Assembly: GCF_964355755.1 (NCBI RefSeq)
Contig: NC_092674.1
Coordinates: 30,814,001 to 30,878,000, forward strand
Reading direction: 5' to 3'
Length of the DNA stretch: 64,000 nucleotides
Origin: Antedon mediterranea
Lineage: Eukaryota > Animalia > Echinodermata
Positions 39,301 to 50,409 of the stretch are shown here, in pieces. The position numbers and the translations under genes were made by a program. Each line of letters starts with the position of its first letter. Positions within the stretch are counted from its first letter, which is position 1. The notes under the pieces are model-generated. The model was not told the DNA's origin, did no database searches, and saw only the letters and a list, made by a program, of their open reading frames with translations.

Positions 39301-42300
39301 AAATTTTTAACTTTCACCACCCACCCCAATTCTCCAACAGAGATCATCATATTTTAAATTAATAATTATATTTAAAGCATCTTTGCCCCGTCTGTTTTTA
39401 ACCTCTCGCTACGGCCTTGATAGCCCAGGTACTGCATAGTTCTACATTCATGTACATTAGCCAGTACAGTTTATGTGATTCTCACCTCAGCTCTTAATAG
39501 TTCTCCTCCAGCCTGAGCCTCTAATTGGTCATAAGTGATTTCATCAGATACTTCTATACCCGTCATTTTCTGTAGAACTTCACGCAGGATCAACAGATCA
39601 TAACTATACAAATCAAATCATCATATTTAGAATTTTACATTTCTTTTATCAAACTTTAGAAGACAAGAAAATGTAATGTGTACATATATGGACACAATGG
39701 CATATCACTACCATATGTGGGCATATATCACTACCATATGTGGGCATATATCACTACCATATGTGGGCATATATCACTACCATATGTGGGTACATCACAC
39801 ATATTTTTATAGTGTAGACAGAGCTTTATACAATAGAAACAGAGTTAAATTTAGAGTTAAATTGTGTCAGATAATGTAATTAAAATAAATAAATAAAAAT
39901 AAAACGTACCTTTTACCCGCCTTCAATTGGTTGATAACATATTGAATAAATCCTGCTAATTCAATGTTATACTTGCGACATATGGAACCACTAAAGCTCG
40001 CCAAACCTAATGATAAATAACACAGTTCATTATTACACTTTACCTATTTATCATTGCTATGAACTACAATAAGGTGAAAACCAAACCAAGCTTAGAATCT
40101 AATAAGTTCATCTTTTATAGATTTTGTCCAATATTTTATGTCATGTTTTCATTTCATAAAATGTTCAGTGTAAGCTGAACATGATCTGTGATTCTCTTTT
40201 TCCTTTATTTTTTTTTTATTTTTGAAAATATTTATAAGATTTTTTATGAAGTTGGCTGCATACAATGAAGTTAATTTCAGTAAATCAATCAAAATAACAA
40301 ATTCCAAAAAAAAAAAAAAAAAAAAAAATACATACTTTGTATCCATAATGAAAGATTTGCACCGTCGTGTTTCATTCGTTCTTTCTCAGGGTTTGCTAAC
40401 GCTTCTATCATCACATCTTATTTCATTTGTTGTAAGGAATATTGTAAATTTGAAGAAGCTTTAAATGTTTATTTGATAACTGATGTGGTAGTAACAAGTT
40501 GAATGACAAGCTTTTTGAAAACTTGTACTAGTAGAATGCAATGAACAGTTTTATATTTTATTTGTTATTTCATTCGCATTTAACAGCAAGTATTCAATTT
40601 TGTATCCCAGGCAGACCCGACTCAAGATTCTGCATCTTTCTGGGATCCTGCCTTCTTCCTTTCCCCCAGATTTATTGTTATTTGTCTGTTATTTCTTTTT
40701 TATTCTATTATTGTTTAAATCTTTAAAAAGAAGTAAATAAATGTTATTTTGAATTGAATTGAAAGTCTCATCTCATTTGAGGGTAAAAGAGTGAAGTTTT
40801 TGTACAGTCGCAGGTTACAACCAAGGAGTCAACCTTTGACCTTTGACATGCTAAGGCAAGAATGTTAACCACCAAGCTACAATTCTGTTGTAAATGCTGA
40901 TCATTTTAAGAGTAAAAGGATACAAGTAAGCATGTCATATGACAAGGAACTCAAGTACTTAAAGGAATCCACAACAGGACCAATGAAGTTATCATACTTC
41001 TGAATCTGAGACAGAACCTAGATAACAACAAAAAACAAAGTTAAATTTATTTCTTTTCCAAACCTAAAAGCTGTTACCAAAACATATTAGTTGTGAATTA
41101 TTAAAAATAGAGAAAAATTTGGGTGATATAGAATCAGATGAGCAAATCCACAAACAAAATATTAAATTATTCATTAGAAGAAAACTGAAGAAGTGTCTTT
41201 CAAAATTATCACAATACATTTAAAACTATCAAACCAAATCAGAGAAACAAGATCTAGGGTGACATTACAAGGATAAGCATAACAAAATTGCTGTAGCTCT
41301 CTAAGGTTTGTTCATCCACCCTAGAAAACTAGAACAAAATAAAGAGATAACTCACATATTCAAAGATGACAACTAGAACAAAATAAAGAGATAACTCACA
41401 TATTCAAAGATGACTCCAGGATTGCCATGGCTTAGTTTTCCTAACTGTCTACCTGATGGTTTTACATTCTCTTTACTCAGCCTCTTCATTATATACTTTC
41501 CACGTTCTATAACATTTGCTTTAGTTCTAATCAAAGAAGGGTGTATGGCATAACTGTAATTCTTCCATCTTCCATATAATCGATATCTGTTGCAAATAAT
41601 AATGAATAGTAAGAAAAAGGATTAAAATAAACTATAAAGCTCTGTCTACACTATCAAAATAGTTTGACAAAAAAAGTGTGATGTGCCCAAATATGGTAGT
41701 GATATGACATCATCATGTCCATATATGGGCACATCACATTTGATAGTGTAGACAGAGCTTAAAGATAAACAGTGTGTGATAGGTCACCAAAATAAGATAT
41801 AAACCAATCTTTAAAAAAGTCTTTCAATCTCTCTTATTGTTCATCGTTTTTGAACTAATAAATTCACTAATACATTATAAAAGTAAGTACCTTATTTCAT
41901 ATTGGAACATGGAGATAAGAGTCCATAGTTCCTCTGTTATACATGGATTGTGAGGTAAAAGACTCAGTGACGGTAATAACACCTCATCTGTCATTGAAAT
42001 TATACCAACATATAACTCATCCTGCAAAAAATAAATATACATGCAAATTATGTTATAACATAAGTACATGAAAGTACATAGCTCATTTTAAAATAATTAA
42101 ACATGATTTTATCTAGTTTTTTGTGGATATCTAATATAAAATGTCTTTGTGTTAAACACATATGTGTGTGATGTTTTGCTTTGTTTCAACAAATTGGGAA
42201 ACCAGTCATTTGATATTATTGTATTTTTGTACAGTTTAAATCCTATATATTGTATTGATAGAGTAAAAGCATGTTTTCTGCATGGGCTTACTTGCTCCTA

Positions 42301-45300
42301 GTAAATATATCCTTTTTTAAACTTAGCCAAATAATATTAATATATTGATATACTCACCACATTGTCTTTATCAAAGGGATTGATTTTAGTTTTTATCTGA
42401 AAATGATAAAAATGTAATATTAATAGAACCTCTTTATTGATATTTATTTGCATTTTTTCTTAATTTACCAATATTCTTTGTTAAAGCTCCCTTCCCTACG
42501 TTTTTTAGATCTACCGTATTTTCCGGAGTATAGGTCGACCCCAAGTATAAGTCGACCCCCAACTTTGGCCTAGAATATCGTTGATTTTGGTATGACCTGA
42601 ATATAAGTCGACCCCCAAAATCGGCTAATAACACAACTTACTTTAAAGTTCAAAGAGGGCTAGAAATGTATGAAATGTGGTTGTTTGTTTATATTATTAA
42701 AGTGTAGGCCTAATCAATATCGGACAGACGTAATGACGACGACTTCGTCGCCGTCTTCACCAGCCTATAATAAATGACAGCGATGTAGCGTTACTTGCCA
42801 TCAGCGATGTTTTTCGCGTCACTCGAATAAATTAAAACGAGTTTTCCGTTAGGAGGCTTATTAATTGTACAGGCGAGTAGTTGTAAATCGCGTTATCTGT
42901 AAATGTACACGCGCCCGACTAAGGAGAATTTGTTTTATGAATAGAAGAAATGCGCAGTAATTGTAATTACGAACAAACAAACAAACTGCGCATGTGTATA
43001 GATGAAAATATCGCGCAATAACAAACATGCTGCATGGACATTCCGACGTCTGTTGTGTGTTACGATGTTTTCGCGAGAGTGAATAAGAAGCATAAAGAAA
43101 ACTATTTATTCTTAATTATCTTAAAAGCGTAATATTAACATCAAAATGAGTCATTGTGATATATTAATATTTTATTGACCAGTACTTGTTGGAGTTGTAT
43201 TATTTTGTACAATGTAGGTATTAAATTGAAAACTTCTGTGAGTGATTGATGATAGGCCACTGACCTTGCTGGGCCTTGACAGCTGACAGCTTTTGAACAT
43301 ATTTTTTCGGCCTGATTTTTTTCAAAAATCGCATGGTCGGAGTATAAGTCGACCCACCGATTTTGCAATTAAAATGTTCCCATAAAATCTCGACCTATAC
43401 TCCGGAAAATACGGTAATTTAAGATCACAAACTATATTTAATGTAAAAATAATACTATATGGTCCTATTGCAATAACTTTTTTCGTCTTTAAATGGTTAA
43501 AAATGTGAAAAATAAGTCGATTCTAATAATTATAGCGGCCCGCTATAAATCCCAAAATGCATTGCGCGCGGATTGATATTTTTGTTTTTCACCTGTAATT
43601 CGCCCACATTTCGATCGATCGTGAGGCCAAAACAAATGGAAGACTCCTAACTTTTCAGCGAAAATACCGGGTTTTCCCCAATTTGTATCAACGGAGTCTG
43701 ATAAAAATAGAAAGACAATTAATGCAGCAACTATACAACGTCAGGCTAGGTATATAGCTAGCGTATGATGTTCGTACGTTACCGATGTTTACCAGCTAGG
43801 CCTACAAAACTAAGCCTAGCTAGGCTAGGCCTAAGACCGTCCACGAGAGGTCGATCGCCGCGAGCTACTTAGGTAGTGCATTGTTTCTCACTTTTTATCA
43901 TAATTTACCATAAAACGTACATTTAAGACAAGGAATGACCTTTAATGTTTTTAAAGTGATGTATATGTATTATTTTCCAAAAAACGTCCAAAATTGCAGA
44001 GAAGGGGTCTTTAAGCACTTAGCATAATATACGCCTACATTATTAACATGATATAATAGTTAACTTTTAAAACTTTCCAAACTGTTTTAAATGAAATAAT
44101 TCTGACTATACTTGTTTTAATGAACCCAAACATTGTATGCTTAAGTATACGCTTAAAAAAGTAGCTATGGTAGTCTTTAGATAATCATACCTTTTTCATG
44201 GCAACTTTGCTTAGTCGAATAAGTTTCCACATAAGCACAGGATCCCTACTTAAGTATGGTCCTAAGTAACTGACCATCTTAAAGAATGCTTCATCCAAGT
44301 CCTCAATGTCATTTACTGATCTTTCGGACTTGCTGCCTTTCTGACCTTTGGCCCCAGCAGGCTGTGCATACCTTACAGGAAACAAGTTTATAATAGTTTG
44401 ATAATAATTAACTTCAACATAGAACAGATTCTAATGTGATTATCTAGTAACAACAATATCATATTATACCTGTATACAAAATTATATATGGAGTGGGATT
44501 ATACTTGGATTGCATTAACAATGTATGATTATAGTCTAAATTACAGGGTTGGGGATTATATTTATAACATGGGATTAAACACTGCTATATACTGTAATAA
44601 ACTAGGAGCAAGTAATAAGCATATTAATGGTCTTATTCCACCATTTGACGTCACAATCATGTTTTATAAAAATAAAAACTCACTTTGTATAAATATGTTG
44701 AATAGTATCTGAAATAAGCGCACATAACGCCATGGAAACAGATGCATCAGCAACGGCTGTGAATGGAGGAAGACGATCCATCAATTGCTGAGCATGTGTC
44801 CAGTCACCGACCTTCAACAGTGATCGACACACACCTATCTTCTGGTTATTCTCAATCTAAAACATTAGAAACAAATATAACTTTTATTTTTAAAACATAA
44901 TAATTTATAAATAAAAAATACACTTTACATAGTATGAATAAGCAACTTCAAACTAGTTTGACAAAAAAAATGTGATGTGCCCAAATATGGTAGTGATATG
45001 ACATCATCATGTCCATATATAGGCACATCACATTTTTTTGTCACATAAATTTTGATAGTGTAGACAGAGCTTAAGACTATTTTCTAAAATTGTTATAGCT
45101 AAATATCATGATGATCGTGGAAGTTATCTTGTTTTACAGCCTACTTATTTTTTTCGTACGCTGTTCTGTTTAAGTTTTCTTTGACTCAATGCACATCACT
45201 AAAGGATTATATTAAAAATATTCTACTGCAGTTACAGCAGTAAATATGTTTGTTTACTCTTTACTGTTAATCCAACTATTTAGCACTTTTTAAAAACTTT

Positions 45301-48300
45301 TTTGGGTAATCATAGTCTGCCTCATAAACCTCTAGTTATTATAGTAAAATAAATGTAGTTACTGCAGTAACTGCAGTAGAATATGCTAAATCTGTATTAG
45401 TAATCTGTAAAGTAAATTACTTACAACATTTTGCTTCTCATCATTCTCATCTGCGTTGCTTTCAGCTGGTTTGTCTGATAAAATGATCATACTAAGCTTA
45501 CGGGCATATTGACGCGCATCAGTGACTTCCTTCTTGTAAACCTTTATGATTTCAGCGTCTTCAGGAGATAGCTACAAAATTAAAAATAACGTGTGTAAAT
45601 ATTAAGTGAGTCTTAAAATCTTCCTTAAAATTTTAACCACAACACTGCTTTACTGGTTTATGAGATATAGCCACTTATAAAGTATATATAAAAATGTGCG
45701 TTCCCTTAATAGGGGTGCCCCTTAAATAGGGATTGGCTTAGTGTTAAAATATATATTTTCCTGTTTATATCTAATTTTTTGTTTTAAAGGAAAGTGTCCC
45801 CTTAAAAGGGGGTACTAAAGGATAAAAAAAGAAAATAGAATGGAATAAAATAAAAAGAAGTATACTTACATGTGGATAGACATCATTGAGATTAATGAGG
45901 GAATGTTTAAGCAGTAATGCAGCTACATCGTACAGAGAACCAACAGTTTCATCGTCCTGTATAATAATTTACAAATATTTTTTTATTTTTAAATTTTATC
46001 CACATCAAACAGCGAGTAACTCGCCAATTACAGAATAGATAAACTATATATATATTTACATAGTATCATTTGAGGTTGAGGGAGTGGAGCACAACCCTGG
46101 CACTAAGTCAGAATTTAACCCTGGGATTGGAAGGCAATATGTTAACCAACAAGCTACAACTCCACTATTTAGACCTACCTTGTAAAATTTAAACTTGAAT
46201 CCTAGAATATCACATATCGTAATAGGATCAGTCATGTAGCCTTGTATGAGAGGTACAAAAAGATCGGCCATAGAGGGCGCATTTTCGAATGCTTCAAGGA
46301 TAACATCAAGCACACGGTTTGGATCAAGATTAAACCCACCTGTAAAAATAACATGTTAAAAAACGATGTATTAAGTGGAAGCTTTTGATTTGGGACGAAA
46401 ATGCCTACGCATGTTTTGTTGTCGTATGGACACAGAATCTGAACTGTGTTAAGCTCTGTCTACACTATCAAAATAGTTTGAGAAAAAAAGTGTGATGTGC
46501 CCAAATATGGTAGTGATATGACATCATCATGTCCATATATGGGAGAATCACATTTTTTTGTCACATAAAGTTTGATAGTGTACTGTAGACAGAGCTTTAG
46601 AATTGAATGAGGAATGACATTCTAATGTCTAACGGATTACCATGATTGACATAATGAGTTTCTAACAGAAAGCTCCTTAATATTGTTAAGAAATCAGAAG
46701 TCGAAAAATATATTTAAACCACTGGAATAAGAAAAGCTACTTTAAATCATATGTAAGCATTATTTTGGGATTGGCACCACAGTAACGTTTCACTAACAAA
46801 GCAAGGCAAGTTGGCTAGCAAGTTGGCTAGCCCTAAAAGTATACAAACAGACATACCAACTAATGACCTAATGTTTTGCAGTATGGCTGTGTTGTCTCTG
46901 TTTTGTGTTTTGCTGTTCTCATTGTGAACTCCTTGTAACAATTCAGTAACCAGTTTACTGTATCCTTCACTCTCTTCACGCAACAGATTGAACTTTTGCT
47001 GTTTGTAGCTGAAACAACAAACAAAATAATATCAGTTATAGTAAAGCTCTGTCTACACTATCAAACTAGTTTGACAAAATAAGTGTGATACGATATGCCC
47101 AAATATGGTAGTGATATGAAATCATCATTTCCATATATGGGCACATCACAGTTTTTGTCACATAAAGTTTGATAGTGTAGACAGAGCTTTAGGAAATCTC
47201 TCTCAAAACGTAGGTGATGTAGGGTTTTGTTACTTTTTATTATACCTAATAGATACATCTACACCCAGTTTAGCATTAGGCAAATATAAAGAAATGAAAT
47301 AGTGTCAATTTCATTTTTTACCTTCACTCTCAGTATTTATGTCTATAAAAGAAACAAATTTCACACATAGGCCAGTGTGATTCTGTATTCTAAAATGGAG
47401 GGGAGGTGGCAAGAGCTAAAAACAAAATACTTACAACAATTTTGTTTTCAACTTGACATATTTCTGACTGTATACAAGTTTGTTGTTTATTGCATTGATG
47501 GACTCTAAAGTATCATTTTCCAGCCTTTCTTTTAAGATGTTGTCTGGGATGAAATTCTATTTTTAAAAGGAGAAAATCTGTAATGCTTAACATGAAAACG
47601 TAGAATAAACAGCTTAGATCACTAAACTAAAAGGATATCTTACAATTATGTAATAACATTTGTCTAAAACAGAATATGCATGCAATGAAATGAAAGATAT
47701 TTAAACACTGAACTTTGAAAGAAAATTCGGACAATGTTTAATGAAATAAAGACTATTGAAATGACCAAATAAATATAAAACTAATTTTTCAAAGTGTCAA
47801 TTGAAATTGCAACATACCAAACATGTGAGAAGTGACAAGAAATTATCTCTGTTGGACTTTTCTTCCAGACACACGATTTCTACATCTGTGAAAGAAATAT
47901 AATTGTTTTAATTTTAAATATATCCTGAATACGAGAGAGAGAGAGAGAAACAGATAATGATACATTTTGATGGTGATCTTTTGAGCAATTAAAGTAAAAA
48001 GCAGTATATTACTACTTGTCAAATGTAAAACGGTAATTTTTTAATAAGAATAGTAGTATTTATAGTATGTGCTTTAGAATGGTATAACTACAACATATAT
48101 ACATACCTATAATAGAATGGTATAACTACAACATATATACATACCTATGATACTGAATGTATCCGCCAGTAATGACACCACTCCTTTGTGAGTATCCTTC
48201 ATAATAACAAAGAAAAATCAGTAAAATCAAGAATGCTTTATTGCTAAATTTACCAGGTCTTTCTTTATCATTTCATGACCATGAAGTTAAAAATTAAATA

Positions 48301-49871
48301 GTTAACGTCTGAGATAATGTATTACCCCCGGTATTCCTTAACAATTTTAGCAATAACACAATTTGGAAAATCTTTCCTAGGATTAATTTTTTAGAAACAT
48401 ACTCTACTTCCTCTTTACCTACTGTAAAATGTTCATCATAATATTTTTTTAATTTGTTCATCATAAACAAAAATAAACATTTCCATACACATTAAAAGCA
48501 TGCTTTAGACAATTTTACTTAAATTCATAAAATGTTTTAAAACTCTTTGAGAAAAATATAAAAAACTTACAGATAGTATCTTAGCAACAGAGGCAGCATG
48601 TTCCAGTTTGATTTGGCCTCGTATAGCATTCCAAAGGAGGTCATAAACTGCTCCTCGTAATTCTAATTAAAATTAAATTAAGGAGTTTCAGCAGTATACT
48701 ATCAGGTTAAATATACTGTAATTTGTTAACAGTACTATGTTTTAAAAATAATATTATCATACGTTGTTAATTAGTACTGTACCTTTTGAATCGGTTAGTA
48801 TGCCATCATTGCTGAATGAAATTAGGTTCTGGCAAAGCTTTAAACTGTTAAATAAAGAAAAATGATTGTATGTAATATTTTTTTAATGGATTGACTGGTT
48901 ACATGTGATTTGTATGCAGATTTTATTTAGAGTTATTAGGCCTAGGCTGTAGTATATAGACTTTAGTTGATGCTAGATAATTATTAATATAGACATCTGC
49001 TGGAATAATTGCATTATAATTTATATAATATAATCTGCACATGGTAGCATTTTATGATGAAATGCTATCTGGTGATTAATTAAATTAGTATGACCGAAAA
49101 CTGGCAATTACAACTTTTAAAAAATAAGCTACTGTATTAAGGGTCTTTCACACCTGTTCCGGCACGGTGCCGGAAAATCCAATCGTTGTTGTTTTACGCG
49201 GCTAGGCCTACGCGCATATCAATTGGTGCTTGGCCGCGTGGAGCGTCGTGAAAACGAAACATTGGCGTTCGATTCGCCGAACCGGAACCGTGCCGGAACA
49301 GGTGTGAAAGGGCCTTTATTCTGGCTAAAATCTATGACTATGTAGGCCTAGACCTAGACTATACAGTATTTTTTACAACATTTTTTACCATTCCTTTAAT
49401 TTAATAAAAATTATTCTGCATTAAATATGTAACTGTAATGTATGTATTTTGCATGTTTATAATAATCGTGCATTTCTACCTAAAATAAACATAGGCGCCC
49501 ATACATATTATTTACATACGCATGTTACCTTACGTAACTGGGACATTTCTTCTTTATTTAGAATTTTATCTTGATGGAGCCTAGTCCTAGGCCGACGAAG
49601 AACGTTCATGTTTTAGCGGGAACAGTCGGTTTTGAGCTCCTGAACAAAACCGCCAGTGAGTGACTCATAAACGTTAATCGAGGCCTAGGGCAAAACGTAT
49701 TTTAATACACCAATAATAATAACACAGCAGTTTAACTACCAGATAATTACAATATAGATATTTATTTTCAATCTAATATTAGTATTCGGTTTATGATTCA
49801 TCTTACAATTCATGTTTTCCTGACTTTTCCCAACATTTCCAAATCTCCGGCGAGCAGAAACATGCAGCCAT
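30397..49871 (-). CDS. THOC2: THO complex subunit 2
   Basis: Starts [21 protein letters not shown]. Conserved blocks [109 protein letters not shown]. Lys/Glu/Ser-rich C-terminus ending [10 protein letters not shown]. More than 30 exons. Confidence 0.96.
31969..31977 (-). other. THOC2: 9-nt in-frame microexon (AACAGAAAA, Asn-Arg-Lys) in THOC2
   Basis: Minus strand reads CTAAC TTTTCTCTCTC CATGTGCCACTGTCGTAG|AACAGAAAA|GTAAGA; flanking coding exons are phase 0. Confidence 0.72.
37130..37321. repeat. Tandem repeat, 4 x 48 bp, spanning a THOC2 splice donor
   Basis: TTAATGGTTTATACAATGTGACATGATATACCGTACACTCACCATATC x4. Confidence 0.95.
40417..40923 (-). other. THOC2: U12-type (minor spliceosome) GT-AG intron in THOC2
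   Basis: Donor GTATCCTTTT; branch TTCCTTAC about 15 nt before AG with no pyrimidine tract; splicing restores [23 protein letters not shown]. Confidence 0.88.
41638..41759. mobile_element. PIF/Harbinger-type MITE family A (representative copy; about 16 copies in window)
   Basis: TIR AGCTCTGTCTACACTATCAAA with TAA/TTA flanks. Other copies: ~14-160, 13794-13948, ~14112-14208, 17574-17708, 30649-30803, ~31430-31546, 38980-39019, ~39645-39825, ~44950-45071, 46452-46596, 47045-47188, 52275-52432, 56950-57120, 59701-59839, and a remnant at ~36163. Confidence 0.88.
42485..44010. mobile_element. Kolobok-like TTAA element hosting the nested Tc1/mariner element
   Basis: TTAA|AGCTCCCTTCCCTACG ... TGCAGAGAAGGGGTCT|TTAA imperfect TIRs. 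Confidence 0.6.
42514..43414. mobile_element. Tc1/mariner (Tc2/pogo-like) non-autonomous element
   Basis: Perfect TIR CCGTATTTTCCGGAGTATAGGTCGA, TA TSD, subterminal TATAAGTCGACCC repeats; no transposase ORF. Confidence 0.88.
49140..49315. mobile_element. Harbinger-type MITE in THOC2 intron 1
   Basis: TIR AGGGTCTTTCACACCTGTTCCGGCACGG; TTA TSD on both sides. Confidence 0.82.
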
Positions 49872-50409
49872 ATTTCCTCAGCAGACCCGGATGTTACGAA
49901 ACGCCAAAAGAGCATTTTATATTTTATTTGTAGTAACTTTTTTGAACATTGGTTTTGTTCATGATATTAATTAAGTAGTAGGCCTATACTCTCTGTATTG
50001 CTGTTTCACTATTTGGAATAAAACACTAATAACCAAATACGTAAAATCTATAACTTTTTATTTCCAAGACCAGAAAAAATTGGATTACAGAGCAAAGAGA
50101 AATATATTTAAGTACACACTTAAAAAAGTTTTATTAACTACTTTAATAAATTGTAGCCAACCGTATCTGCAACATCAATAAAAAATAAATTAATTCTATT
50201 TATTTGTGTATAAATATAAATGTATAGAACATGTGGTGCTTTAAACTAATCATCATAATTAATCATTAATTATAAGAATAAACTAGTCTACATAGAGGAT
50301 GCATTATCTTAAATTGTCTAAAGTTTGTTAAAACCATTTCCTTGTAAAATGAACGGCAATATTAAGGTGAAGTGGTGTAAACTATTATAAAATGTTCGCA
50401 TAATCTATT

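Noticed and set aside
42292-42297. Possible 6-nt THOC2 microexon TAG|GAGCAA|GTAAG
   Set aside because: No pyrimidine tract or branch point, the upstream intron would be only ~60 nt, and ACTAGGAGCAAGT recurs in the opposite orientation at ~44601, suggesting a repeat remnant.
42305-42318. U12 AT-AC donor-like ATATCCTTT
   Set aside because: Lies on the plus strand, antisense to THOC2, with no matching transcript or branch site.
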